Shown: positions 26,901 through 40,666, numbered from the stretch's first letter. The stretch is 64,000 nt of DNA from Parasitella parasitica NRRL 2501 (GCA_025201805.1 MU619263.1:55804-119803); one strand, 5' to 3'. The notes: generated by a model not told the origin, from the sequence alone. Translations and numbers: made by a program.

Positions 26901-27519
26901 TATCGCCGTTTTCATCGATATCCATTGCTTCACCATCTGCTGAATAATCTGTGATTTTCTTCGACAGATTCACCAACTGCGCAAAATGTTCAGATTCAAT
27001 GTGGCCAATAACTGATTCAATTTCCTTCTTCTTGTCAAAGTCTTTGAGCGTATCCGTCTTTAGCGTTTCCAACACGTCGTCTGCAGCGCTTCTGATGACA
27101 TCGCGAGCTTGATCGCCCAAATGTTCATACACAAAAGACAGAATGTGTTCATACGCTTCGCGTGTTTCTTTGGTGCGAGGTCTGTAGTTGAGGCCTTCCC
27201 AATCTTCAGTGGCTGAAAGAACTGAAGAGTAGCCATACGCCTTACTGATGGCTTTTTCTTCCTTCTTTTTGCGTCTTTTTTCATTCGAATCATCAGAGCG
27301 TTTTGCAGCTGCCTTTTTTTTTTTCTGCTCAATATCTTTGGGTGCCTCTCTCTCTACACGTGAGCCAAATTCTTTAGGGTCGATTTTACCCCACAGTGTA
27401 TCGGGTTCTCCGGTAGGCTCTTGATCTCTACGAGGTAGTCCTTTGCGGTTTGCTTGCAAAACCAAACTGGAGGTTGCGGCATATTGATACTGATTTGCTT
27501 TAGCAAAGTTTTCAGCCAT
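20926..27519 (-). CDS. BRR2: U5 snRNP 200-kDa Ski2-like RNA helicase Brr2 (intronless, 2197 aa)
   Basis: N-terminal plug/PWI region, two helicase cassettes ([12 protein letters not shown] and [12 protein letters not shown]), each followed by a Sec63 unit ending [13 protein letters not shown]. Confidence 0.98.
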   Translation of the reverse strand: MAENFAKANQYQYAATSSLVLQANRKGLPRRDQEPTGEPDTLWGKIDPKEFGSRVEREAPKDIEQKKKKAAAKRSDDSNEKRRKKKEEKAISKAYGYSSVLSATEDWEGLNYRPRTKETREAYEHILSFVYEHLGDQARDVIRSAADDVLETLKTDTLKDFDKKKEIESVIGHIESEHFAQLVNLSKKITDYSADGEAMDIDENGDKVGEIDDELGVAVVFDDDDDEEEEDDQYEMKDDEEEDGDEETAAPAAEDEEEPESTDEEDGFKTVLPGQEKGKKKAHKKADSSQDDDSIFPHDIDAFWLQRQIAAQYPDAHTAQEKTVQAFDILGSEKIDIRDCENELMGLFDYDKFDLVRILTKNRDLIYWCTRLARVDGADKTAVEKEMEDRNLSWILRILSGDRQRRGEALERKGVVDTAMEIDKEESVTNRSRGQLPTTVTITPGTTVAPRQLIDLDDLAFEQGSHLMSNKKVKLPDGSFKRSKKGYEEIHVPAPKPEQFATGEKLVPIKSMPEWAQEAFVGPTTLNRVQSRLYPTAFGSDENLLLCAPTGAGKTNVAMLTILHEMGKNRDPETGLIDLDAFKIVYIAPMKALVAEMVGNFSQRLKPYGISVAELTGDRQLTKQQIAETQIIVTTPEKWDVITRKATDRSYTSLVRLIIIDEIHLLHDDRGPVLESIISRTIRNMEQTQELVRLVGLSATLPNYVDVAAFLRVNNKTGLFHFDSSFRPCPLKQQFIGITEKKAIKRFQTMNEVCYEKVIEQIDQREENQVLVFAHSRKETAKTAKTLRDMALDKDTITRFLKQDSASREILQSEAATVKDANLQDLLPYGFAIHHAGMTRADRTLVEELFADGHIKVLCSTATLAWGVNLPAHAVIIKGTQIYSPEKGRWVELSPQDVLQMLGRAGRPQFDTYGEGIIITAHSELQYYLSLLNTQLPIESQFVSRLADNLNAEIVLGSIRNRDEAVQWLGYTYLYVRMLRNPSLYNISQDDIEDDPHLEQKRVDLIHSAASVLDKCNLIKYDKKSGRFQVTELGRIASHYYVTHHSMSTYNQHLRPMMSEIELFRVFALSDEFKYIPVREEEKMELQKLLERVPVPVKESLEEPTAKINVLLQAYISQLKLDGFALTSDMVYVTQSAGRIIRAMFEICLKRGWAQLTKKALNLCKMVEKRMWLPMSPLRQFKAMPQDIVRRLERKEFPWERYFDLNPQELGELIGQPKAGRNLHKFVHQFPKLDLQAHVQPVTRSLLKVELTITPDFQWDEKVHGLAEAFWILVEDVDGEHILHHDYFVLKQRYAEEEHLVSFTVPLFEPLPPNYYVTIVADRWLHCETKLPVSFKHLILPEKYAPHTELHDLQPLPISGLNNPEYEKLYSAWINHFNPVQTQVFNALYTTNENAFIGAPTGSGKTICAEFALLHLWNQTSDARAIYIAPYQELVDERVAEWAEKFGKLNKVVVALTGETSADLRLLERGDIICSTPTQWDVISRRWKQRKNVQNVDLFIADEVHMIGGDLGPTYEVIVSRMRYIASQTQKAIRIVAMGTSLANARDLGEWIGATSQTVFNFHPSVRPVPLEIHIQSYNVPHFASLMIAMAKPTYLAITAYANNKPSIVFVPSRKQCKLTAVDLITYCVADDKPHQFLHCKLEEIQSLLDRVQDKSLVETLQHGIGFYHEALSKQDKKIVEQLYETGAIQVVIASRDTCWGLTLHSHMVVIMGTQYFEGKEHRYADYPITDVLQMMGRACRPNVDETGKCVLMCQPNKKEFYKKFLYEALPVESHLDQLLHDHFNAEIVTKTIENKQDAVDYLTWTFLYRRMAHNPNYYGLQGTSHRHLSDHLSELVETTLTDLEETKCITIEDEMDISPLNLGMIAAYYNINYTTVDMFSVSLKNTTKLRGLLEIVSSATEFDNIPIRHHEEAVLKRIYDRVPAKLATPKFNTPRIKTNILLQAHFSRVQLPPDLQSDQNVIVEKVIPLLQACVDVISSNGWLSPALAAMELSQMSVQAMWDRDSPLKQIPYFTSEVIKRFEANEVESVFDIMELDEDKRNDCLRMDQRKLREVVRFVNRYPSVEVGFEVADKESVSAGGIVNVRVQLEREDDDEEEHDIGPVIAPFFPKEKDEGWWIVIGDPETKTLLAIKRVTLQRKLQVKLDFVAPKAGQHTMKVYLMSDSYNGCDQELDIDLEVAQGESSEEEDESMDEDEE

Positions 27520-28115
27520 TTCTTATAATTAGGTGTATAAAAAAATTACAGGAAAGCTTTGATAAATAATTGCAAGCTCTACAGATAGTCATCAGGTCAA
27601 ATTAGATGTTATTTTACATGGGATTTCAACTGTACTGTACCAAGAGATTATTAGATAAAGTGAGTTGTAGCTACGAGTTCAAGTTCAAGAGAAAAAGAAA
27701 AAAAAAAAGCAATGTCTGAAAACTGCAGCTTTCGCAAGATATAGAATTATTGGGGGCGCGTCGTTGCGTCATTAATGTAGTGGCTTGCGATACATCAATA
27801 AGTGTGGCATCAGTATCACAATAGTCTAATGCTTCTAGGCCTGAGGTGGTCGTGCTCAACCCTTCGAGATGAACGACTGGCATCAAAAATGAAAGAAGAG
27901 ATAAAAAAACCCATGGAATCTGCTGTACCATTGAGTGTGGATGCTTCTGTCGAAAAAACTACAGACATACATTTGACAACTACCTTGGAAAATGGCATAA
28001 TTGGTTGGTGAAGGTATAAATATATACTAAATATTTACGCAAGCCAAGATAGAATAGCAAATAACAGTTTTGATAAAAAGGCTTTAGATGACAATATAGT
28101 ATAAGCCTAATAGAC

Positions 28116-28774
28116 TTATGCCTCTGCTTTCTTGTTGCATAGTTTTTTTATCCCATGCTGCGGCTGTTTCACCAATAAGACTTTTTAATCACTACGTGAG
28201 TTACTTTATTCTTCTTGACAAGCGCAGGATGCTCAAATTCTTTCCATACAGTATTGTCTCTTGTCTCGACCTTTGGATTAACTACGAGAGTTGCCGCTCC
28301 ACTAGCCAAACGAGATAAAAAGTAAGCACAATACTTAGATGTGCATAATTCCATGATGCGATCAGCAATTCTTCCTCCCACAGTTCGCTCAAGAATTTGT
28401 ATATTTCAAGTTACCATTGAACATAAAGTTTTCAGCCTCTATCAGTACACTTCTTTACGGAATTTTATGTAACCACTCCAAAATACCTGATCAGGGGAAG
28501 TTGATGTCAATCTTTACTGCGAGATTGTGAGCGTGTCTACGCTATCAAATGCATTATGTTCCTTGGCGTAAAATTTTTGAGCCCTCGTTTCAGATTTTTC
28601 ATGTTATTCTTGTCTTCATCCACCAACTGAAAAGGGTCGGTTATTTCTATCGTTTCTCCTGCGCCTTGCCAGTCTTTCAGCTCTAGTTTCTTCCTGTTGT
28701 CCAAAAACTGAAGCATCTGATTCTTCCGCTTGATAGCTCTTCATACCAAAGAGAAGCTGAGCGGTGTTAGCCAT
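28116..28774 (-). pseudogene. Frameshifted full-length paralogue of the ARC/NADase-like gene at 34866-35657
   Basis: Collinear fragments FGMK..ESDA..RAERLARR, VFWSGY, AENFMFNGNLKYT.LERTVGG, ASGAATLVV, VWKEFEHPALVKKNKVTHVVIK, WDKKTM and AEA-stop(TAA)GTC match the intact copy; several stops and frameshifts. Confidence 0.85.
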
Positions 28775-30059
28775 GGCTGACACTTGGTCTCTACTCAACA
28801 CCCTATATCTGTTTGGGCAGCTCTCATTCAGACATAGATTGGAGCCATTAAGGGTCTAAATAATGTCTTGTGACGAGGCCGAAAAAATCGGTTTAAAGTT
28901 TCAGGACGTGAGGTGTCGCCAAAGAAAACATTGCCTGACGAACACCATAGACAAAAAAAAAAGATCAACGATTTCAAAATGGTCAGGCCCGAAGAGACGT
29001 CTTTCGTCTTAGGGTCGTATAATAACGATGATTGGGTAGTGCCTACATCTTTGGACCATGGACTGATGGCTAAATGCGTACATCATCTGAATTATTGTTT
29101 TTTGCTGTTTATATTTGGAAGCCAATAGATAAAGAAAAACAGAAAAACAGTTCTCATAATTAAATGTTAGCACCATTGTTCGCATAAGGATTAATTGGGA
29201 ATGCACAATAAATTTGTCACACAATTTACCTTGTCGTCTGAAATCCATTAGTGTTGGGTTTTATAGATTGCGCCATGTGATAGCTGAAAGTTATAGGTCT
29301 ATTGAAATCCGGTGAAACTCTTGGACACACACTGGACCTCGGTAAAATCAAGGGGGGCAAGCTCTGAGGATATCATTGATGGACATAGTAGACCATACAA
29401 GTTCGAATAGAATTGCTTTCCATACCGATAATTTTACTTGGACAGAGAAAGCGCAAGTGAGTAGCATCTTTTATTGTTGACATATTTAGTAGAGAGGGAA
29501 GTCTGCTACTTGAAAGCAATGTAAAAAGTCGTTTGTAGGATATTGCTCTAATAAGAGATGGGTGCTGTACGAGAGTCAGGAATAATGACCAAAATAATTT
29601 ATAAGATATAGTAGCCATAAATGATCTGGTACAAGCTTTACGAAAGGAATTTGTGGAAACAATGGTGTGAAAACCCATTTGGCCTCGTCTCGTTTATGTA
29701 GTCCAGAGTATAGCTTATATGATACCTTTTTTGCCAGAACTAGATACTAACAGAAATAATAGACTGTATGTCACTTTGGGTTAACGGCGTTGCACGCTCA
29801 ATATACCAAAATTCAGCCAGAATGAGATAATTAAGCGCTGTAGCTTTACCGACGACTGAAAAATTCGACTAGAAGTTGATCAATTTATTACGCTCATATC
29901 AATGATGGTGATATTGGCAGCATTGTACTTTTTTTTAGTTCTTCGATTTAGAATATTATGTTATGCTATGATTAGGAGTTTTTCTAAATTGGTGCTGTCG
30001 ATCTGGTATGAATTGCTGCTGTTCAATCGATATTCATAAACTATAACCATTATTTACAC

Positions 30060-31439
30060 ATGCAGTATTTAAGCTGTGTTCCATTTGAAATTCTGCTCAA
30101 GATCCTCTCTTATTTGACATTCTCAGAGAAACTAAACTTCGCAAGTTCTTGTAAAAGATTGGAGCCCTTTATTTTGAAGGTGATCTTTATGAAGATTTCA
30201 AAGTTGAAGGTGAATGAACCTTCAAAAATTTTGTCAAACATTTCCAAGAAAGCGAGCCTCATCGAAAACAAGTGCGTCGCATGGACATATTCTACAATTC
30301 ACTTTATGTAATCAAAGCTACTGATGTAATAGCTATACCAAAGCAGCTTTCTATGCTTGAAGAACTTGGCTGGAATGATACCAAATATTGTTATGAGTCT
30401 GGTGAGTCTACTGAATTTAATGACGGTGAATATGATGGATACGATCGATTTGTCAATGAACAAAATGCAAAACACTGGGAAAATATAACTATTTTTCAAG
30501 AGCCCGACAAGTATCCATTTTAACCGTTGGAACCAGCTGAGGCTATTGAGACCCTAATGCAAGTTGTTGAGACAGCAGCTTTCAAAAGCTCCTAATCAGA
30601 AGAGACTCAAATTACGCAGGGGTGTAATGACTTTGCTTGATTTAAGCCAGCCGCATTCCAATATACAGCGACTAGATATCCTTTGTTTAGATCATATGGC
30701 CATAGGAAACTCTGATGGAGAGCATAACCTTTTAGTCTCGCACAGTATTAATGGGTCGACGAAGCTTCAGATTACCAACTATTCGCAGCAATACACTGAA
30801 ACCCTACTGAATCAGATTGCTGGAAAGAACCTAGATTTGGAAATCTTGAAAATTCACCACAAGAATGAACACAATGAGACGCATGATGAAGATCCGTTGA
30901 TCAAACGTTGTTTCCCATTGCCCTCATCTCGAGACTCCGGATGTCGGCATACATTCAGAAAAGCCAATAACACCAATAATTATGGAAGCAATAGATGCAA
31001 GTAAAGCCAAATCGAAAAAGACTATGAAAAAGATTCTTCGACATTATAACCCTTTTATGCAAATTAAGAAAGCTAACTTGCATGCAAACAAAAAAAAAAA
31101 AATTCTGTTCAGATTTATTGCATCCCAAAAAAACTGAAATTGTACGGTTTTTCAAATATTTGCCCTAAACTCAAGCATTTGGAAGTGAATGGTATGCACG
31201 ATGATTTTAACTGTGCTCCAGTATTCCCTATCACTGGATTTCTGAGGAAACTTCACTGTTTGGAAACAATCACACTAGAAAAATGGAAAATTCATTTTGT
31301 ATCTATCTGTAAATTCTATAATGAAGATTGTGTCTGGTCACAGAAATTTCGAGAGTTTATGTCGTTTATTTCGAAAAAATGTCCTGAGCTACCTAAAATA
31401 AGAGTTGGCTCTAATCACAAGTTAAGTCTGCAAGATTGA
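30060..31439 (+). pseudogene. F-box (plus LRR-like) protein pseudogene
   Basis: N-terminal F-box LSCVPFEILLKILSYLTFSEKLNFASSCKRL; LRR-like segments (APNQKRLKL, CPKLKHLEV, KKCPELPKI) are split over four frames with no clean splice sites. Confidence 0.7.
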
Positions 31440-32998
31440 GTTTCTTAACCATGGCTTTGTATGTATCGCAATGAACCACCAGTATCTAGCAATAACTGAT
31501 AATCACTTAATGATGTATATAAAGGTCAATGGGTTCTTAGTCTTTAGACAATTTGTCTAGATCAATCTGTTCTCAAATATAAAACCTATGCTATCTTATG
31601 ATTGAAGCTTATGAACGTAATATATGCCATTTTATAATAAAATTATGCGTATCAAATCTCGTTGTTAGCGCTGTATATGGCAAATAAGAAATGAATTACA
31701 CAAATGATATTGCATCTGAAAATGTGAATAAGCTAACTGCTCAACTCGAGAAACATCGGCAGCTAGCATTTTTATTACCATGAACTAGTTTTTAGTCAGA
31801 AAATCAACTAGTTGCTAGATAACATTGTTTTTAAGCTACCGCACAAGCAAGTTGATGTGTCAGTAATGGCTGTATCACCAAGATTGCATACATAAATACC
31901 TTTTCATGGCTGAAGTTTTTAGATGCTTATTTCCCTCGATCTGTTGATACAAAGAGTAATAGTCGGATCGAATACACGCCCTCTTGACACACTTTTGAAG
32001 TGTCAAGTAAAAGTAAGCAATGCTTTCATTAAACAGAACAAAATATTAAAACAAAGTGATTTACATTTTTCAAATTTCGGCAAACACTAGATATACCTTC
32101 TGTACAAACTGGGTCAATATGATACAAAAACTCAAAGTATTAACGGATTGATATCAGTAACGGTATTAATAGCAAAAGTCTCAGAATAAGCTGTTGCGAA
32201 GGCAGCCGATAATTCAAAGAGTTACAATATGTAGCTTTTTTGTTATTTTATTGTCCCTCTACACTAGGCTCTCTATATGGCATATGAGTTGTGAATAATG
32301 AAATAACCTGCTACCTTGTCAGCGAGTAGATTATTACCAGAAAAATGCACCATATGTCAATTGTGAGATTAGGAAGCATGAGTGTCTAAGACGGCATCAA
32401 GTGACACATAAATGCTCAAATATACTTGCCAATGCTTTACGCGGTTATGAAAATTTATGCGTATTTTTTATTCAACGTATGAAATAACTCGACATCGTTT
32501 AAAATGAGCACGGAAAAGGTATTAATTTGATATAAGTGGATAACGCAATGGTGTTATCTGTGAAGAAGTTGCAGCAATCTTCTTACTGTGCCGTGTTTAG
32601 TATATCACATCTATGCATATATGTAGATCTTTATTATCAACGATACAAACAATATACTGATTTCAAAATAGCACAAAGCTATTCTGATGAAATTCGGGAA
32701 CTGCTCAAGCCGCCAACATTCACTTCAATATATCTTATTACTTATATTGATAGGGTATGCGTTTTAAGATATTACCAGCTATGCAAAATATATGATGGCA
32801 ATTCAAGAACCAAGGTCATATGCTGATGCCGTGCATGACAGAGAAAACGCAAGTCAGAAACAAACACTCAGATGTTCAGCTTTTTGTCATACAAACAAAC
32901 GTTGTTAGCAAATTAGTATCGCTGGTACTAAAGTATTTAACGCCTTTACAAAAGCTTTTTATCTTCTTCTTCTTCATTTATCTCTTTTTTTAAGCAAC

Positions 32999-34086
<1,088 letters not shown>

Positions 34087-34865
34087 ATTGACTCAAATCG
34101 CACTACTACATAATTACAAATAATTTTGAAAATCCTAATAAACAATAAGACACAATGACTCTAATAGGTATTTGGCTTTTCTAGTTGGATAATTTTCAGC
34201 AAATCGAGATGACACTGCACACGTTGGCATTAAAAAAAAAAAAAAAAAAAAATAAGCAGAAGTGTGTATATTAGACACAGGATACCATTTATGTCTTGAA
34301 TGTCAAAGCTTTTCATGGAGTATCGTGTACCATTGTTGGTCTCTGAGTAATTCTGATCTGTCATGTTATCATTCGAACAATCGTTGATGTAACAACGAGC
34401 AAATGATGGCAAGCCATTTTAAAAGACGTTCATAGTTGAACATTACATTGTCGATCTCTTTAATGTGCCTCTTTGTTGATAGAAATAATCAATGAGCGCA
34501 GTGATTGCTTGTGTTCAATCCCGGACGACTGCTGATACAAAAATAATTAGATGCAATCATCTCCAGCCATCGTTGATGGCATTCTTCATTCAACTAATCT
34601 TGGGTTCCGCTTCATTGTATGTGTTATCGATTCAATTGAATGCATTTGGCTCTGCAGCAAGGGCAAAACTCGATTTTGGTAGATTCAACTCAACAATGAA
34701 AGTAGCCAGACAATAACACTGCACTACATCAAATATGCCATTCCCTTTTTAATGAGTACCTTTGTTGTTTGATTCTCTATATAACAGGATTCTGACACAA
34801 AATACCTTTCTCTTTTCTAATTAAAAAACATACACAACTATTTTATTTATCAAAAACTACAGAAG

Positions 34866-35657
34866 ATGGATATCCCCTTGGCCCTCGGTTTAAAATACAT
34901 TAAAGAATTGTTTGAAGCTGAAAATTTGAACATCAATGAATCTGACTCAAATAATCCCAATGAAAACAAAGTTAAAGCCGAAAAATTGACAAGACGTATT
35001 GAGATGTTCAAAGAAAAACGATTTTTTACATTTGATGAGAATGTGACGCAAATTAACAAATGCAAGCAAGAACTGCAAAAGTTGGGCGCACGGGATTGGG
35101 AAACAACAAATGATTTAAGTATGATCCCAGTAACACAGCATATGCTGTCTATTTATTTAAAGCTGGGTGAAATACAGTCAATGGTTGATACGCTGGATGT
35201 TTCGACTATTAAAGATGGATCGATCTTCTGGAGTGGTTACAATGAAATTCCTTCAGAAAGTGCACAGAGGGCGGCCGAAAATTTCATGTACCATGGCGAT
35301 TTAAAATACACAAATCTCGAGAGAACATTTGGAGGAAGAGTTGTGAACGGCTGGGAGCCATTAAACAATTCCCAGTACTATAATGACTTCTGGTCTCTAT
35401 TATCTGAAAAATATGCAAAGTCTGCTAGTGGAACGGTAACTCTCGTTCTTTGTCCTGATACTATTATTTCGAGAGGGCGTGCTGTATGGAAACGTTACGA
35501 GCTTCCTGCGCTTGTCAAGAACAGCAAAGTAACACAGGTAGTAGTCAAGGGTCTAGATGGCAAGACTATTGAAATCTGGGACAAGAAAACTATGGAAAAG
35601 GAAAATGAGCGAAACATGGAAGAATTGAATCTGCAAAACAACACTGCAGAAGCATAA
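34866..35657 (+). CDS. Intronless cytosolic protein with an ADP-ribosyl cyclase/NADase (CD38/Tox-ARC-like) domain
   Basis: Motifs FWSG(121-124), TNLERTFGG (E152), FWSLLSEKYAKSASGTVTLVL (W176/S180), VWKRYELPAL (E212) mirror CD38 LWS, TLEDTL, FWKTVSRRFAEAA.DVVHVML and GSVEV. No signal peptide or TM helix; TATATAA about 85 nt upstream. Confidence 0.75.
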   Translation: MDIPLALGLKYIKELFEAENLNINESDSNNPNENKVKAEKLTRRIEMFKEKRFFTFDENVTQINKCKQELQKLGARDWETTNDLSMIPVTQHMLSIYLKLGEIQSMVDTLDVSTIKDGSIFWSGYNEIPSESAQRAAENFMYHGDLKYTNLERTFGGRVVNGWEPLNNSQYYNDFWSLLSEKYAKSASGTVTLVLCPDTIISRGRAVWKRYELPALVKNSKVTQVVVKGLDGKTIEIWDKKTMEKENERNMEELNLQNNTAEA

Positions 35658-35912
35658 GTCTTGATATGCTTAAAAATTATCCTGTCTCCGTACACAAGAT
35701 TGTCTAGGCTCATTCAGCCTTATTTATTTTCTCAATAAACTGAAATATATTTAGTCTAGTTAGAATGTCTATAATCAATGCATGTATCCACGCCAAACAT
35801 GATTTAGAGTTGAAATTACTATACCTTGATGGGAGGTTTTATTAAATATGAGAATTATAAAGTATGTTGCTAAAATGATTTGAAATACAATCTAATATAC
35901 AAGAGTAACTTA

Positions 35913-37816
35913 TCAATTGCTACCTTCATCTACAGCAGCCGCATTTTCCAAACGTTGTAGCCGAGCTTCTCTTCTGTTTTTTTCATCTTGCTTTTCTTTT
36001 ACCTCTTGCTCTTTTTCTTCTTCTGTCACTTGAGGTAATCCGAGCTGCTTCCGCAAAGCCATCAATTCTAGTCGCATTTGATTTTGCTTTTCATCCTTTC
36101 GTTTATTGTCGTTTTTCAGCCTTAAAATGTACTCATAAGAGTGCTGTAATAAAACAACTTTGCTCATTTGTTTGACATCTTTTTCTTTCAGGTTGCGCAA
36201 TGTATCTATGTCCAATGTGTTTTGGGTTTCTTCCTCCACCATCGCTTCAATAATCTCGGTACGCAATGAATCAAAGCTCTGCTTTAATGTATCACGCCGT
36301 TTCTGTTCGGCTGCCTTGTGTGCTGATCGACGATTTTCGATGCCGGACTGAATGGTGGTGTTGAAATCGATGCCTAAACTTTTGGCTTTGCCTTCTTTGA
36401 GGTTTTCATAGTTTGATTTCGATGTCAGTAGGGCTCGAGCAGTTTCTTCCTCGATAGTTGATAGCCGCTTGCCATTAGGATGCAGAGACGGAGAGATCAA
36501 GGGCTTCAGCGCTCTAGGAGATTGCTGTGGACGAGGCCCAACAGGAGATACAAGGTTGCTGTCATTGGGCGATAATCCGGGTGATGAAAATACGGCAGAG
36601 TGTTGAGATATGCGGCGACGCTTAGATGATTTACTGCTTGTGGTATCTTCAAGCATGGCAGCTGGAAGCACGGGCATGTTATCGACAGCAGCAGACGACG
36701 ATGATATAGCAGGTACGCTGGATGGAGAAGAGGTCACATTACTGCTTGCGCTGCCACCGCCAAGCTTCATTAGAAGTGAAGGAGTAGCAGGGGCAATAAA
36801 GTTACTATCAACAGTTGAATTGCTACTGCTTGCTTTCGCTGGCGCTTTGTTGACAAAAGATGTGTGTGGAGTTACAGGCTTCAAAGCTAGAGAACTTTCC
36901 GCCGGTTTTGTAGATTTTGGTATAGCGTAACTTCTTGGACTGCCATTAAACTGAGGACTCGACAAGGCAATCTTCTGCTGCAGGGCTTTTTTGGTATTCA
37001 TTTTCGTTGCATTCGTATTATCATAGCAAAAATTAACAAGAGGACTTGTGTAGCCATTTGTGCTTTTTAGAATGGGCGATGCTTTTGAAATAGCCGGTCT
37101 TAATTGATTGTGCATATTCCGAAGTTGTTGCTGTTGTCTCTCGATAAAAGCCAACTTTTGCTGCAATGTCGATTGATCTCCAATGGAAGGCGACGGATTC
37201 AAAGCAGGAGATGACAGTGGTGAAAATACATGCTCAGGATTGTTGCTCACACTACTATTTAATGCTTGATGATAATTACTAGTGGGCGCCATAGCTGGTG
37301 ATACTAATGGAGTGAAAAATTCCTAGACAAATATTGTTGGTGACAAACAACTCGTATACACAAACAAGGAAATACCTCTTCTTCTTGAAAACCTTCTAGT
37401 GGGTTATTTTGCACTGAATGTTGCATTGGCGTATGATAAGATTGAGTTATGTTGCTGTTGCTGCTGCTGCTGCTACTGTTCTGCGGTGTATTGTGCGATG
37501 CGATTTGTAGAGGAGACATGTTGAATTCTGGGTTGTGTCCTGAAAGTACGCTGCTATTCGTAAAGCTCCCTTCCTGAGCGTCAGGACTGAGCTGAGGCAT
37601 AGAAAATGATCCATGAGGATTTTGATGATGTGCTTGGTGCCGATGCGCTTGTAGATTATTGTCTGTATAGGCGCTGTTGTTACTATTTTCTCCAATAAAA
37701 TTGAAAAAGTCAATGTTGTCTTGCATTTGGTGCGTATTGCTACTATTGCTGTTTAATTGAAAATTCTGCTTAAATAAATTTCCATCATCCTGGAGGTCGA
37801 AAGAGCTAAAATTCAT
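35913..37816 (-). CDS. bHLH transcription factor, Pho4/NUC-1/PalcA-like phosphate regulator
   Basis: Two exons (intron 37323-37375). FTPLVSPAM, FSPLSSPAL, PATPSLLMKL, LLTSKSNYENLKEG and basic region RRSAHKAAEQKRRD, as in the NUC-1/Pho4 family. Confidence 0.8.
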
Positions 37817-38124
37817 CGTAAATTTTCAATGTAAACCAGAATGATTCCAAAGAGAAAATTGAAGAAGAAAAAAGGATTTTTTTAATCGAAATTGCAACAT
37901 CTAAGACATTGGAAGCCTGATCTCTAGTGCTTCGTTGATTGGTTCTTTTCGAGCGCCTGTGTCGGACATCTCCCTTTCATAATACACTGCAACTGCAAAA
38001 CAAAGATCCCAGAGAGCCTAACAAAAATAGCGCGCCAACGTTTTTCCTCTTCCTTTTCCTCTTCCTCTTCTTTCCTGACAAAATATTTATCTTGTTTCTG
38101 TGAAAAAAATCGTCCAAAAATATC

Positions 38125-39956
38125 ATGTCAGAAGCGTTTTTAGGGTTAAGAGTATTAGTTACGTTACAATCCGACGTAAGATTGGAGGGAACTGTATCTC
38201 ACATTGAATCGTCAGAACAACGGATGACATTAAAAGACGGTAACATATCGCTACAAGTGCTGCATCCAGCCAACGCTAAATGCATTGATTAGTAACATTG
38301 TTCTTTCTCGGTCAACCGCCGCATTACACATTTGTCTATGGTATTGTTGGTGAAGACGTCAAGGATCTTCAAATCCTATCAGCAGCGCCAAATAGCCAGA
38401 AACAGCAAACAACTGTAAATCCCAACCTGTTTCGAGATTTGGATAACCATATTCTTGAAAATTTACCACCATCTACTCCCCAACAACAGCAAGACCAATA
38501 CTCTGAAAAGGTAATAACTAGCTTACGAAACATGTGATGAACGCTTAATCACTCCAGGTTTACTTCAGATACTGACACCTGTAAAATCCATATCGAAAAG
38601 TAAAGCAAAGATGAACTTCAATATAGACATTGCATTAATAAAGTAGGATAGATCGAAAATCTAAACAACAACCACAACAACAACAACAGCAACAACAGCA
38701 ACAGCAGCAACAGCAGCAACAGCAGCAACAGCAGCAACAACAACAGCAGCATTCTTGTCGTAAAAGAAATTCTGATGGTTGGGCTGGTGAGGACGTAGAT
38801 ATTTTTCGAGAGGAGGAATTCGATTTTCAAAAGAACCTGGACATGTTTGATAAAGCAAAAGTGTTTGCCGAGATTAGAGTATGTATTTCGCCGTAGTAAC
38901 ATGATCACCCTGACTTATTTGAGACAGGAATCGGACGAAACGGCCCCAGAAGAATTGCTCGTTACTTTGAATAGATTGCCGCAAAAGAAGATCAACTTGC
39001 TACCTTCTGAGAATGTGTTGGATATTGAAAAATCCTCTTTTAATAGCGAAGATGAGGAAGAAAAGAGAGAAGAAGACGACGACGGCGAATTGGGCGACGA
39101 GAGCGATAACGATTCTCAGACTCCTGATGAATTTACAAGGAGGATCAAGCAAACGTCTCACCCATTGAAGAGAATGGGCACTAAATTCGCAAGCATTGTC
39201 ACCGCCACAGGAGGTATAGCATGTCCCTCTGTGTCTCCCTTACAAATGGCTCATGTAGAACATGAATGTGATCAAGTTTCAAGCTCATTTGGCGAGCTGG
39301 CTATTGAAAATGGCGGAAGGGGTGCCTCTCTTTTGGTTTTGCAGGCATTGAGCAAAATGGATGTTGTTTCTCCTTCCATTCTCATATTAGCTGGTAATAA
39401 CAAAAATGGTGCACTAGGTCTAGTCGCTGCTCGCCATTTAATCAACCACGGTTGCCTAGTGACAGTTTGTATAACGGCAAGAAGAGAAGACTTATGTGAT
39501 GCTGTGGTGGGGTATGAGGCTATGGCAAGTCGATTTGGTGTCATTGTCACTTTTGATACTATCGATTTAGGCGAGACAGATTTGGTAGTGGATGCCATTC
39601 TAGGTGTGGATGACAAGCTGATCGACATACAAGATCAGTCTACCTACCAAATTGTGTGCAATACAATCGAATGGACTAATCGACAAGCAAAACCCGTGCT
39701 CTCAATTGATTTCCCTAGTGGTGTTGACGCAAGTACGGGTATTCCTCATCACCCAGAGTACACTATCCACCCCAAATGGACTATTTGCTTGGGCGCACCT
39801 AAAACTGGCTGTAAATCTACAAATATTACTGGCGACCTATACCTTGTAGACATTGGTGTGCCTCGTTTATGCTGGAAGCGTGCTGGGATTAAGGGAAATA
39901 CAATCCCTTGGGGTGCCGATTTTTTAGTGGCATTACAATATGATACAATCTACTAG
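38125..39956 (+). CDS. EDC3: Enhancer of mRNA decapping Edc3 (LSm + FDF + YjeF_N)
   Basis: LSm N-terminus FLGLRVLVTLQSD..LEGTVSHI, polyQ, EFDFQKNLDMFDKAKVFAEIR FDF motif, YjeF_N domain (GNNKNGALGL.AARHL, LSIDFPSG, LYLVDIG). Confidence 0.92.
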
Positions 39957-40186
39957 TAGTACTTGTTTTGCCTAATTTATTGTGAATTTATCCCATAGAT
40001 CTTTTAGCCTTTAATTTCGTTGATCAGTGTTAACATGCAATAAAAAAAGAGAAGATTAAAAGAAAAACTATTTTAGTATTGTATGTATTCGTTTGATTTT
40101 GTTAGACTTCATTAATATCTAAGAAGCGTTGGTGAGACCAAACTTCCTGCAAATTTGCGCTATGACAAGGTTTACCCATAAGAGTA

Positions 40187-40666
40187 CAGTAGCCGCTCGA
40201 TTTAAGGCTGTTCGATATAAGGCTATTCATGATATAAGGCTACAATTTTTTTGAATTTTTTTTTTAAGCAGGGAGTTAGCCTTATTAGCCTTATTCGATA
40301 TAAGGCTGAAAATTTTCGAAATTTTAGCCTTATTTTACAGTAAATTGACGGTATTTAAATTTGTGTTGTGTTGAAAACTGAGCATTATGCTACAGATTTC
40401 GTACTTTTGCTCGATAGTGAGACGCTCTCTTGATTGTTGATTAATGCTCATAATATAATTGTTTGTCAAAATATGCTTTTTTAAGAATAAAGAAGTAAAT
40501 GGATTTGACTGGACATGTGTCAAATTAATCTAATAGCTGTAGTACCGTATCAACTATGCCGGTGACTGTTTTAAGAGTAATAGTCACATGCACGATATAA
40601 GGCTATGTTCGATATAAGGCTAAAAAAAGCTTGCAAAAAAAGTAGCCTTAAATCGAGCGACTACTG
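40187..40666. mobile_element. 480-bp non-autonomous pogo/Tigger (Tc1/mariner superfamily) element / MITE
   Basis: Terminal inverted repeats CAGTAG(C/T)CGCTCGATTTAAGGCT; TA duplications at 40185-86 and 40667-68; repeated subterminal GATATAAGGCT motifs; internal minus-strand fragment MSINQQSRERLTIEQKYEIC resembles a CENP-B/pogo N-terminal HTH. Confidence 0.9.

Noticed and set aside
21068-26954. Many antisense and alternate-frame ORFs inside BRR2 (and similar ones in KEX2, POB3, EDC3 and the bHLH gene)
   Set aside because: Shadows of codon bias in long real genes; no recognisable motifs.
27802-28011. LRDERL...MESAVPLSV resembling the C-terminus of family A DNA polymerases
   Set aside because: Too short, spacing is wrong and no other polymerase motifs are convincingly present.
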